Under the pieces are notes generated by a model. It did not search any database. It had not been told where the DNA came from and saw only the letters and a list, made by a program, of their open reading frames with translations. Shown here piece after piece: positions 51,794-61,076 of a DNA stretch of 64,000 nt. Location: the NCBI GenBank assembly GCA_963785235.1, contig CAWAUM010000005.1:448001-512000 (forward strand). The letters are read 5' to 3'. The stretch is from an uncultured delta proteobacterium. Its GTDB lineage: Bacteria > Desulfobacterota > Desulfomonilia > UBA1062. A program made the translations under genes and the position numbers. Numbering within the stretch: position 1 is the first letter of the stretch; each line of letters opens with the position of its first letter.

Positions 51794-53615
51794 ATGACGA
51801 AGTTTGAAGAAAAATCCATTCCAGCTGTCTTTCAGAATCGTACGCAGCAATTTGGTCAAAGGGCAATTGTTGCCTATAAAAACAAGAGTGGAGTATATGA
51901 AGATATCTCCTGGAATACGATGCATGAGATGGTGCGTAACCTCGGATATTTTCTCCTTGCAAGAGGGGTAAAGCCCGGCGACAAGATCGCACTTTTCTCG
52001 CCTAACCGCTACGAGTGGTGGGTTGCTGATCTGGCCATCCTTTCCGTCGGGGCAGTGAACGTTCCCATCTATGCCACGAACTCTGCAGAAGAGTCACGGT
52101 ATGTCATTGAAAATTCCGATTCAAAGATGTGTTTCGTTGCCACCAAGGAGCACATGAAGAAAATCCTGGAGGTGAAATCCAAACTCCCGAACCTGGACGA
52201 AATCATCAGTTTTGACCCCCTGGATAATCCCATCGAAGGGGTAATCGAACTGACGGAAGCCCTGAAGGAAGGTGCAGCCAAGGCTAATGCAAAGGTATTT
52301 GACGAAAGGATCAATGCCATCAAGGGCCAGGACCTGGCAACACTCATCTACACTTCCGGAACCACCGGACCCCCGAAGGGCGTCATGCTCTCACACAACA
52401 ACTTTTTTGCCAATGTGAACCAGATCTACAATGTGGACCCCGAGTTGTTCAAGAGGGCTGACGAACTCACCTTCCTGTCTTTCCTGCCCCTTGCACATTC
52501 ATTTGAGCGCACCTGCGGTTACTACACCCCCATGTCACATGGAATGAAGGTATATCTTTGCAGAAGACTTCGCCAAGATCCTTGACAACTTCCAGGAGGT
52601 GAGGCCGGTATGTATCGTGAGCGTGCCAAGGCTTTACGAGAAGATACACTCAGGTATTGTGGCAAAGGTTTCTACCGCACCACCTGTAAAAAAGGCTATC
52701 TTCAACTGGGCTATGGGCATTGCAGCCCAGAACCTCCCCTATATTTGCAATGAGAGGCCCAGGACAGGCTGGTACGCCTTCAAATACAATCTGGCAAACA
52801 AGATCATTTTTTCCAAACTAAAATATGCCCTTGGGATGAATAAGCTCGAGTTCGCCTTTTCCGGCGGAGGTCCTTTGTCCGTATCCGATGCGGAATTTTT
52901 CCTGGGTATGGATATAACGGTTCTTGAAGGCTTCGGTCTTACTGAGACAACACCTGTAACCAATGCCAATAATCGTCACAAGATCAAACCCGGCACCGTC
53001 GGACCGACAGTGAAAGACACGCTGGTGAAGATCGGAGATGGCGGAGAACTCCTCATTAAGGGCCCACAGGTTATGATGGGGTATTATAAGAATCCGGAGG
53101 CAACAAAAGAGGCATTCACTGATGACGGCTTTTTCAGAACCGGCGATATCGCTGAGATTGATAAAGATGGTTATGTGAAGATCACAGGCCGTCTCAAGGA
53201 TATCATCGTCACATCCGGGGGCAAGAACATATCACCCCAGAATATCGAGAACAGCATGAAGACCTCTAAATATATTGAACAGGTTGCCATTATCGGAGAT
53301 AACCGGAAATATCTCTCCGCCCTCATCGTACCGGCATTTACCGAGCTTGAGGCCTGGGCAAAAAATAACGGCATCCAGTTTTCCTCCCGAATAGAGCTTA
53401 TAGAGAACCCCAAGGTCAAAGATCTCTTCACAAGGGAGATCGAAGAGAACATGAAGGACTATGCCAGGGTTGAACAGATTAGAAAATTTGCATTAATTGA
53501 AAAGGAATGGTCACAGGAAACCGATGAACTGACCCCTACACTCAAGCTCAAGCGCAGGGTCATTAATCAGAAATTCAACAACATTATAGAGAGCCTGTAT
53601 CCTCCGGAAGATTAG
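51794..53615 (+). CDS. Long-chain fatty acid-CoA ligase; apparent frameshift near 52556
   Basis: IYTSGTTGPPKGV in the first ORF; GFGLTET, TGDI and GGKNISPQ in the second; colinear with the intact paralog downstream. SD GAGGGGG before ATG 51794. Confidence 0.9.
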
Positions 53616-53619
53616 TGTA

Positions 53620-53648
53620 TTGAAAAAAATTATTACATCTATTATATT
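53620..53648 (+). promoter_or_regulatory. Putative sigma70 promoter (TTGAAA-N17-TATATT) for the second ligase
   Basis: Hexamers at 53620-53625 and 53643-53648; SD GAGGAGG before ATG 53706. Confidence 0.45.
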
Positions 53649-53705
53649 AAGTAAATATTCAAAATTAGTACTTGCGACAATAATCTATTTGAGGAGGGTT
53701 ATCCT

Positions 53706-55517
53706 ATGGCAGAATTAAAAGAAACATCTATGGGCGCAGTTTTTCAGAATCGTGTCCAGAAATTCGGTGACAAGGCCCTGGTGAAGTATAAGAACAAGCA
53801 GGAAATATGGGAAGAGATCTCTTGGAACAAGATGAACGAAATGGTTCGTGATCTTGCTTTTTTCCTTATTAACAGGGGGATACAGCCCGGCGACAAGGTT
53901 GCCCTCTTCTCGCCGAACAGGTATGAGTGGTGGATTGCAGACCTTGCCATCATTTCCGTAGGCGCAGTAAATGTACCCATCTATTCTACAAATTCATCGG
54001 AAGAGTGCCGGTACGTTATCGATAACTCTGACTCCAAGATGTGTTTTGTAGGCACGAAAGAGCACATGGATAAAATCCTCCAGGCAAAGGGAAAGCTCCC
54101 GAACCTGGGTGATGTAATCCTCTTCGATGACCTCGACAAACCTGCAGGCGATGTTATTAACCTGAAGGATGCATTCAAGGAAGGCAAGGCATACAAGAAC
54201 AAAGACGAGTTCGAAAAGAGGCTCAAATCAATTAATTTTGAAGATGTAGCGACCATTATTTATACCTCTGGGACTACCGGAAATCCCAAAGGTGTCATGC
54301 TTACCCATAAGAATTTTGTCTCAAATGTTAACCAGGCTTATGACATTGCTCCTGATTTTTTAAAAGGGGACCATACCTTCCTGTCATTCCTTCCTCTGGC
54401 ACATTCACTTGAAAGGACAGTCGGCTACTATATACCCATTTTCCTTGGTCATAAGGTGGCTTTCGCCGAGAGCACGGAAAAGCTCCTTGCAAACTTCGGT
54501 GAAATCCGGCCCACCTTTCTTGTCAGCGTTCCTCGCATCTATGAAAAGGTGCATTCCGGTATCACTGCCAAGGTCGCAAATGCCTCGCCTGTCAAGAAGG
54601 CCCTGTTCGGCTGGGCCATGGGAATTGCAAAGGATAACCTGCCCTACATATGCAACGACAAACCTAGGACCGGCTGGTTTGCATTCAAATACAACCTTGC
54701 CAACAAGCTTATTTTCAGCAAGCTCAAGATAGCTCTAGGAATGGATAAACTACATGGAGCCCTTTCCGGAGGAGGCCCCCTGTCCGTGTCAGATGCAGAA
54801 TTTTTCCTTGGCATGGGCATCAAGGTCCTTGAGGGCTTCGGGCTTACTGAGACAACCCCTATCACCAACGGGAATAAGCCCAACAAAATCAAGCCTGGTA
54901 CTGTTGGCATAGCGGTGAAGGATACCATAATCAAGATCGGCGAAGGCGGCGAGGTTCTGATTAAAGGCCCACAGGTTATGAAGGGTTACTACAAGAACGA
55001 GGCTGCTACCAAAGAGGCCTTTACCTCGGACGGTTTTTTCCGTACCGGAGACATCGGTGAAATCGACAATGATGGCTACCTCAAGATCACCGGACGGATC
55101 AAGGATCTGATCGTCACCTCCGGCGGTAAAAATATTTCTCCTCAGAATATTGAGAATGCCCTCATGACATCACGATTCATCGAGCAGGTGGCGGTAATCG
55201 GCGATAACAGGAAATACCTCTCAGCCCTTATCGTGCCATCGTTTGCAGCCCTGGAGCCTTGGGCAAATGAGAATAACATCACCTTCACGGGCAGGAAGGA
55301 CCTGATTGCGAAGCCCGAGATCCAGAAGCTTTATGAGACTGAACTTGTCGAGAATATGAAGGACTATGCACGTGTTGAACAGATCAGGAAGTTCACCCTG
55401 CTGGAGACTGAATGGTCACAGGATACCGGTGAGATGACACCTACCATGAAGGTCAAGAGAAAGGTGATCAACCAGAAGTACGGTCCGGTAATCGAGGCAA
55501 TGTATCCCCCGGAATAA
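53706..55517 (+). CDS. Long-chain fatty acid-CoA ligase
   Basis: IYTSGTTGNPKGV, GFGLTET, TGDIG, GGKNISPQ and EMTPTMKVKR. Confidence 0.94.
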   Translation: MAELKETSMGAVFQNRVQKFGDKALVKYKNKQEIWEEISWNKMNEMVRDLAFFLINRGIQPGDKVALFSPNRYEWWIADLAIISVGAVNVPIYSTNSSEECRYVIDNSDSKMCFVGTKEHMDKILQAKGKLPNLGDVILFDDLDKPAGDVINLKDAFKEGKAYKNKDEFEKRLKSINFEDVATIIYTSGTTGNPKGVMLTHKNFVSNVNQAYDIAPDFLKGDHTFLSFLPLAHSLERTVGYYIPIFLGHKVAFAESTEKLLANFGEIRPTFLVSVPRIYEKVHSGITAKVANASPVKKALFGWAMGIAKDNLPYICNDKPRTGWFAFKYNLANKLIFSKLKIALGMDKLHGALSGGGPLSVSDAEFFLGMGIKVLEGFGLTETTPITNGNKPNKIKPGTVGIAVKDTIIKIGEGGEVLIKGPQVMKGYYKNEAATKEAFTSDGFFRTGDIGEIDNDGYLKITGRIKDLIVTSGGKNISPQNIENALMTSRFIEQVAVIGDNRKYLSALIVPSFAALEPWANENNITFTGRKDLIAKPEIQKLYETELVENMKDYARVEQIRKFTLLETEWSQDTGEMTPTMKVKRKVINQKYGPVIEAMYPPE

Positions 55518-55537
55518 GGGATCAGACGAATAAGTAT

Positions 55538-55572
55538 AAAAGGCGGAGGCTTAATGCCTCCGCCTTTTTTTT
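55538..55572 (+). terminator. Rho-independent terminator, possibly bidirectional
   Basis: AAAAGGCGGAGGC-TTAAT-GCCTCCGCCTTTT followed by a T run, between convergent genes. Confidence 0.9.
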
Positions 55573-55738
55573 GTTTTAAACCAGATTTTGCTTCTAAGTT
55601 AAGTTAAAAAACCTGATCCGTTCAAAACCTATTTTAAAAACGATACAGCAGTCGCTATGAGTTTCATGCTTAAGGCATCCCAATGAGCATGCAGCTATTG
55701 TGGGTACATTAAATTGCAGATCTGGGTATAAAACGACA

Positions 55739-56506
55739 TTAAATCTTTGCGGCCAGTACTGCTGCCCCAATGGCACCGTTAACCTGCGCAAGGTCGTTCA
55801 CCTCAATATGCAAACCGAATTTTTTCTCAAGGGCCTTTACCACGCCGATGTTCTTGGCTACTCCACCGGTCATCATGATGGGTGGTTCTGCCTTTACCCG
55901 CTGCGTCATGGCAAAAACACGTGAAGCCACTGATTCGTGTATGCCTGCAATGATGTTGTCTCTCGTTTCTCCTTTTGAAATCAGAGAGATAACCTCCGAT
56001 TCGGCAAATACCGTGCATATGCTGCTGATGCGTGCAGGATTAATAGCCTTTAAAGATAAGGCACCGAAATCATCCAGGTTTACCTCCAGTGCCCTTGCCA
56101 TTACTTCCAGAAAACGGCCGGTGCCTGCCGCACACTTGTCGTTCATGACAAAATCTTTCACCATGCCTGATGTATCCACGACAAGGGCTTTGCTGTCCTG
56201 GCCACCAACATCTATTACGGTCCTGATATTGTCCTGAAGAAAATGAGCCCCTGCTCCGTGGCAGATGATCTCAGTCATGGCCTTGTCTGCAAAGGGCACA
56301 CTGTTTCTCCCATAGCCTGTGGAGATAATCTTTTGGATGGAAGATTCCTCTATGTGAAAATCAGAAAGCAACTCTTCAAACACTCTTCTGGCAGCAACTT
56401 CAACATTGTAACCGGTAAAAATCACCCTAGTTCCAATGATGCGTCCGTCATCAATGAGTGCTGCCTTGGTGGTGATGGATCCGATATCTATCCCTGCTGT
56501 TATCAT
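55739..56506 (-). CDS. ATP-dependent [4Fe-4S] activator of 2-hydroxyacyl-CoA dehydratase (HgdC/HadI family)
   Basis: GIDIGSITTK, STGYGR, IDVGGQDSK, MNDKCAAGTGRFLE, SSICTVFAESE and TGGVA. Confidence 0.93.
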   Translation of the reverse strand: MITAGIDIGSITTKAALIDDGRIIGTRVIFTGYNVEVAARRVFEELLSDFHIEESSIQKIISTGYGRNSVPFADKAMTEIICHGAGAHFLQDNIRTVIDVGGQDSKALVVDTSGMVKDFVMNDKCAAGTGRFLEVMARALEVNLDDFGALSLKAINPARISSICTVFAESEVISLISKGETRDNIIAGIHESVASRVFAMTQRVKAEPPIMMTGGVAKNIGVVKALEKKFGLHIEVNDLAQVNGAIGAAVLAAKI

Positions 56507-56523
56507 TAAGCTAAATGTCCTTT

Positions 56524-57288
56524 TTAAATTGCAGTAGCTCCACCATCCACGAGCAAGGTCTGGCCGGTGATAAAATCAGCGGCATCGGAGGCGAGAAACA
56601 GCACAGGGTGCACTACATCCATTGGCTCTGCTATGCGTCCCAAAGGTATGCCTTTTACGATCTGTTCATATATCATGTCATTGGACCAGAAGGGCTTGCT
56701 GAATTCGGTCCTGACCATGGAAGGCGCCACTGCATTCACCTGGATACCGAACTGGGCAAGTTCTGCAGCCAGGACCTTGGTGAGCATCTCGACGCCGGCC
56801 TTGGCGATCCCGTAAATTCCCATGGCAGGCGAAGCCCTTCTGCCTGCGATTGATGATATATTCACGATCTTGCCCTTCTTCTGTTCCTGCATGATTATTG
56901 CTGCCTTCCTGGAACACAGGAACGTCCCGTTCAGGTTTGTATCCATGATTTTTTGCCACATGGCAAGCTCCGTGTCTGCAACTGAAGGGGTGAGAAGGTT
57001 CATGCCCACATTGTTAATAAGGGCATCGATTCGCGAGAATTTGGTGAGCACGGTGTTGAACATCTTCTCCACGTCATCTTCCTTGGCAATATGGGCGCTT
57101 GCTGTAATAACCCTGTCCTTGCCATTGATATTTGCAAGGGCAGAATCAAGGGTCTCTTGTTTCCTGCCGCAGATTGCAACCTTGGCCCCCTGGTTGACCA
57201 GCTCTTTGGCAATCTCCAGGCCGATGCCCCTGCTCCCGCCCGTAACCACAAAAACCCTGTCTTCAAGTCCATATCTGATTGCACCCAT
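56524..57288 (-). CDS. Short-chain dehydrogenase/reductase
   Basis: TGGSRGIG, NNVG, catalytic S and YGIAK, PLGRIA and FITGQ. Confidence 0.93.
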   Translation of the reverse strand: MGAIRYGLEDRVFVVTGGSRGIGLEIAKELVNQGAKVAICGRKQETLDSALANINGKDRVITASAHIAKEDDVEKMFNTVLTKFSRIDALINNVGMNLLTPSVADTELAMWQKIMDTNLNGTFLCSRKAAIIMQEQKKGKIVNISSIAGRRASPAMGIYGIAKAGVEMLTKVLAAELAQFGIQVNAVAPSMVRTEFSKPFWSNDMIYEQIVKGIPLGRIAEPMDVVHPVLFLASDAADFITGQTLLVDGGATAI

Positions 57289-57299
57289 CGTATCATCTC

Positions 57300-58535
57300 C
57301 TACCCTTTTTTCTGTTTGATGATTTCCATGAAGGCATCTATCCTTGTGGCAGTCTGACTCTCAGAAAAGCTCCGTTCATCCACCATGTGCGACTCGATCA
57401 TCATGCATGGTATTCCCTTTTGTTCCTGGATCATAGCGGCGATGTCGTACTGACCAAATGAATACGGTTTGCAGCTCCGGTTTGAATGCAACACCACGCC
57501 GTCTACCTGATACTTGTCTATCATCTCAAAGATGGTCTTTACCATCTCATCGATACCGATGTTGAGGTATATTCGCGTATAGGCCTCAGCCATGGAATCA
57601 AGAAAATTGTTCTCATCTATGTATTTCATGGATCCGCACCAGGCGGTTGTGTAGGTGTCTGCCACCAGGCATGCATCGTGAGAGGCGAAGGTATCCGAGA
57701 GCCACTTGAGGCGATACCAGACAGGCAGATTGTCCCACAGGAGGCGGTATCGCTCGTTGGGCAAGGCCCAGATCTCCTGCTGGATGCGCTCTTTCATCTC
57801 AGCAAGGAGCTCTTTGTAAAAGTCGATAACAATCTGTGTCCCGCGCAGGGTGACGATAAGGGCCAGGAAGAAAAAAGCATCAAAGGCCGTCATGGGAGCA
57901 GGCTGATGTGCCGCCGTATCGAGTACTTCTTGCCATAATCGCTGGCCTTCAATGGAAAGCCGACCGACTTCCTTGCTTTTTTCCATATCAAAGGGCTTGC
58001 CACATGCCTGTTCAAGAAATGCAATGTATTCGTCAATCTGCTTGCGCACGTAAGTCCTTGCTATATCGGGAAACTCGGTGTGGCAAAAAGGTGTATCGAA
58101 GATGAAGAGAGGTACATTGAAATAGCGGGCATGTACCTCATACCATTTTAGCACCGTACCACAGATATTGTTGCAGCAGATGAGCATGTCGGGTTTCGGC
58201 AAGCCTCCTATGGGCCCGCCGTTTTCGCGGGCGCAGGCTATATCGGCCCTTGCATAAGAGCACAGGTCAGTGCTGTAGCCCAGGGCCTCCGCCTTTTCAC
58301 AAAGGTCGGAGCCCATATGTGAGGCCCCTATCATTGCATCATAGTTCTCCGGGTAGACAGGGATCACATCCATGGCTATCAAAGGCTCAACAGGTCCTCC
58401 GCTGGTAATCCAGGCAACCTTTTTGCCTGTTTGCGAGGCTGATTTTGCATCAATGTAATACTCGGTCATAATCTCCCGCATTCTTGTGGCTGACCTGAAC
58501 TTCCTTTTCTTCTTATCTGTATCAGGGGTGCTCAT
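57300..58535 (-). CDS. 2-hydroxyacyl-CoA dehydratase alpha-type subunit (HadB/FldB/HgdA-like)
   Basis: VYPEN, AEALGYSTDLCSYAR, CNNIC.TVLKWYE and HSNRSCK; SD AAGGAG before ATG 58535. Confidence 0.85.
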   Translation of the reverse strand: MSTPDTDKKKRKFRSATRMREIMTEYYIDAKSASQTGKKVAWITSGGPVEPLIAMDVIPVYPENYDAMIGASHMGSDLCEKAEALGYSTDLCSYARADIACARENGGPIGGLPKPDMLICCNNICGTVLKWYEVHARYFNVPLFIFDTPFCHTEFPDIARTYVRKQIDEYIAFLEQACGKPFDMEKSKEVGRLSIEGQRLWQEVLDTAAHQPAPMTAFDAFFFLALIVTLRGTQIVIDFYKELLAEMKERIQQEIWALPNERYRLLWDNLPVWYRLKWLSDTFASHDACLVADTYTTAWCGSMKYIDENNFLDSMAEAYTRIYLNIGIDEMVKTIFEMIDKYQVDGVVLHSNRSCKPYSFGQYDIAAMIQEQKGIPCMMIESHMVDERSFSESQTATRIDAFMEIIKQKKG

Positions 58536-58585
58536 GGCATCTCCTTTCAATTTTGCTTTTGAGGCTTAAAACCGTTCCTGCATCA

Positions 58586-59701
58586 CTAGAGCATCTGGAC
58601 AAAGGTATCAAACCGTGTGAGCAGCTGACCCTCGGGTGGAAGCTGGCCTTCGATTTCAAGAAGCATGTTCGGCACGCCCTCCTTGTCCAGATATTCCTTC
58701 AGGTATGGATAGTCAAAGCTATGCGGATCGCAGAATTTGAGGAGAAGGAAGATAACACCATGGATATCGTGCTCATGGGCATACCTGACGAGGGTTTCCC
58801 CCCGTATGGTTATGGACGAATGCTTTGCAGGGCAGATAATCCTCTCAAAATATCTCTGGGCAAGTGCAGTTATAGGATCGCCGCTGGCGTTGATGGTCCC
58901 TTCAAAATAACGTGATCCAGTGCAGAGATCATCCCACACCACATCGGCCCCTGATCGATGGAGCAGTGAATATATGTCAGGCTGGTCACAGACACTGCCT
59001 ACGAGCATAATTCGCTTTCTCTCATGCGGTTTTGCCGGATTGATTGTCTTGAGCTTATGGATGAGTTCGCTGAGCATCCGTGCTGCCTGCTCACGATCTA
59101 GTATAACAGAGGCCCTCATGATCTTGTTCAGATCTTCACTGGAAAGGAGTGCAGGGTTTTCCGAATGCATCTCATACAGGGTTTTCATGGATGAGCGGAT
59201 AAGGTTGTATGTGCGTATCGAATCCCTTATTGCATCATCAGTAATGGTGATTGAAAATCCCTTTTCCAGGTCAGTCTTGAACTTTCTCAGGACATCGGCT
59301 AGGTACTGCCTGGAGCTGTCGGTAGTGAGCTTGACCGGGAGTACGACATCAGCAAAGAACCGAAAGGATGTATTCAATCTCCAGATGTCCGAGAGTCGCT
59401 GGATGGAGTCACAGGTATGAGGGAACACGGCCCCGTCAAGGTAAGACAATGTCCCTGTGAGACCGTCTGCCAGTGCCCCTCTTACTAAAGAACAGCAGTA
59501 GGCCTGGAGGTGTCTGTCAGCAATGCCGCTGTCCCCCATGCTCCCGAAGAGCCTCAAAGGATGAATGCCTGCAGCATGGATGATCTCTTCGGGAGTATAG
59601 GAACAGAAATACCCGAGGATCTTTTTTCCTGCAGCCTTCAGATCCCTTGCATAACCGTGGGGATCGGAAGATACACGGATATATTCCTGAGATAACTTCA
59701 T
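58586..59701 (-). CDS. 2-hydroxyacyl-CoA dehydratase beta-type subunit (HadC/HgdB/BcrC-like)
   Basis: GYFCSYTPEEIIHAAG, YCCSLVR, HTCDS, DDLCTGSR and KFCDP; SD AAGGAG before ATG 59701. Confidence 0.85.
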   Translation of the reverse strand: MKLSQEYIRVSSDPHGYARDLKAAGKKILGYFCSYTPEEIIHAAGIHPLRLFGSMGDSGIADRHLQAYCCSLVRGALADGLTGTLSYLDGAVFPHTCDSIQRLSDIWRLNTSFRFFADVVLPVKLTTDSSRQYLADVLRKFKTDLEKGFSITITDDAIRDSIRTYNLIRSSMKTLYEMHSENPALLSSEDLNKIMRASVILDREQAARMLSELIHKLKTINPAKPHERKRIMLVGSVCDQPDIYSLLHRSGADVVWDDLCTGSRYFEGTINASGDPITALAQRYFERIICPAKHSSITIRGETLVRYAHEHDIHGVIFLLLKFCDPHSFDYPYLKEYLDKEGVPNMLLEIEGQLPPEGQLLTRFDTFVQML

Positions 59702-59740
59702 GTGAACTCCTTCATCTTGATTAAGATGCAAACATGACTG

Positions 59741-59994
59741 AATGCTCTCACAATACTTCTTCGACTTGTATATCTATAAACATTTACACCATAAACATTT
59801 ACACCCGAGGACTTGATCATACGCTTATGACACAACTAGAAAAAGAAGAATTCCTCTGCTACCATAGTATCGATCTCACTAGTGTACATTCAGGTCCGAC
59901 CGTCCCCATGCCTCTTCAAAACCCGAACAGTCTCTTTCGGCTGACCCAAGTATCCAAGCATAACGGCCGGACCTGACAAACAACTCTCGCTCAT
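59741..59994 (-). pseudogene. Decayed internal fragment of an AMP-forming acyl-CoA ligase
   Basis: Manual translation: MSESCLSGPAVMLGYLGQPKETVRVLKRHGDGRT*MYTSEIDTMVAEEFFFF*LCHKRMIKSSGVNVYGVNVY, then (shifted) QVEEVL. These are degenerate GP.VM.GY, W..TGD and R.K.MIK.SG.NVYP motifs. Confidence 0.85.
59776..59805. repeat. Exact 15-bp tandem duplication ATAAACATTTACACC x2
   Basis: 59776-59790 equals 59791-59805; it duplicates the GVNVY codons of the pseudogene. Confidence 0.95.
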
Positions 59995-59999
59995 ACCTG

Positions 60000-60028
60000 T
60001 TGACACGCTTTGTCTGAAAAGCTATGTT
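60000..60028 (+). promoter_or_regulatory. Putative sigma70 promoter for iclR (TTGACA-N17-TATGTT)
   Basis: TTGACA at 60000-60005 and TATGTT at 60023-60028, overlapping the palindrome. Confidence 0.65.
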
Positions 60029-60044
60029 CGATAATGTCGAACAT
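60024..60044. promoter_or_regulatory. Palindromic operator, candidate IclR site (ATGTTCGA-TAATG-TCGAACAT)
   Basis: Perfect 8-bp inverted repeat with a GTTCG...CGAAC core, like GTNCG-Nx-CGNAC boxes of PcaR/PobR-type IclR proteins. Confidence 0.75.
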
Positions 60045-60051
60045 TGTACCG

Positions 60052-60080
60052 ATTATAGAGATTGCCGTCATGGGTGTCAA
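60052..60080 (-). promoter_or_regulatory. Consensus sigma70 promoter for the dehydratase operon (TTGACA-N17-TATAAT)
   Basis: Reverse strand has TTGACA at 60080-60075 and TATAAT at 60057-60052, an exact consensus with 17-nt spacing. Confidence 0.85.
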
Positions 60081-60175
60081 ATTAAAATAACATAATCGGA
60101 AAAATAAAAAGACACAGCGTAATCCATAACATGAATGCCAATACATTGAAATAAATCAGAATAGGAGTAAATGGC

Positions 60176-60940
60176 ATGAAGGAAAAACGTCTGATCCAAT
60201 CCATCAAGCGTGCCTCTGACATCCTGGCCCTGTTCATTGATGAAAAAAAGACTCTCGGCATAACCGAATTTTCAAGACTTCTCGGTCTGCCCAAGTCAAC
60301 CATAGCCACCATAGTTTCCACCCTGGAGGCAATCGGATATTTGGAGAAAGACCCGCTGACCAACAAATATCGCCTTGGCCCGCACATATTTCAGCTTGGA
60401 ATGAAATGCGCCACCAACATGGACCTTGTTAAAATCGGAAGATCATGGATGGAACGACTCTGCTTCCAATTCATGGAGCCGGTCAATGTGGGTATGCTCG
60501 TGGGAGATAAGGTCATGATCGTCATGCGTACCGAGCCGGAAAACCGCTACATGGTCTTTCCGCAGGCAGGCTCTGTCATTCCCGCACACTCCACATGCAT
60601 TGGCAAGGCGCTCTTTGCCTTCATGGACGCTGAAAAGCGTGATCTTCTCCTGGCCAACTACAGCTTCGAACCATGGACATCAAATACCATCACCTCCAAG
60701 CAGGACTTTTTGAAAGAGATTGAAAATGTCAAGGCTACAGGGGTCAGTTTTGACAACCAGGAAAACTTCAATGGCCTCGCCGGCATCGGCGGGCCGGTCT
60801 TCAACCACATGGGCATGGTCATCTCAGCGTTTGCCATAACGGGCAATCCTGAGAATATTTCAAAACGCCGGGATGAAATTATTGAAGCCGTAAGATATAC
60901 TTCTCAACAAGTCTCACTACAACTCGGATATACCCCGTGA
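60176..60940 (+). CDS. IclR-family transcriptional regulator
   Basis: IQSIKRASDIL, HTH LGLPKST, YRLGP, PAHSTCIGKA and DNQENF.GL..I..PV. Confidence 0.95.
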   Translation: MKEKRLIQSIKRASDILALFIDEKKTLGITEFSRLLGLPKSTIATIVSTLEAIGYLEKDPLTNKYRLGPHIFQLGMKCATNMDLVKIGRSWMERLCFQFMEPVNVGMLVGDKVMIVMRTEPENRYMVFPQAGSVIPAHSTCIGKALFAFMDAEKRDLLLANYSFEPWTSNTITSKQDFLKEIENVKATGVSFDNQENFNGLAGIGGPVFNHMGMVISAFAITGNPENISKRRDEIIEAVRYTSQQVSLQLGYTP

Positions 60941-61076
60941 ACTATCATTTATATATCCATCATTTATTTATCCACACCTAAAAGTTATGTCAAAAACCAC
61001 ATTTCTTTATTCATGCTTTTCTCATAAACTGATAATATGAGCTAATCAATCAAGATGCTTAACAAGGGGGTTAAAC

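Noticed and set aside
55739-59701. Class I benzoyl-CoA reductase operon
   Set aside because: Only one activator-type ATPase is present and there are no dch/had/oah ring-cleavage genes or ferredoxin in the window. The alpha subunit looks HadB/FldB-like. Not fully excluded without a phylogeny.
59734-59976. 80-aa plus-strand ORF with an INIYT repeat
   Set aside because: It is the antisense reading of the ligase pseudogene and its 15-bp duplication.
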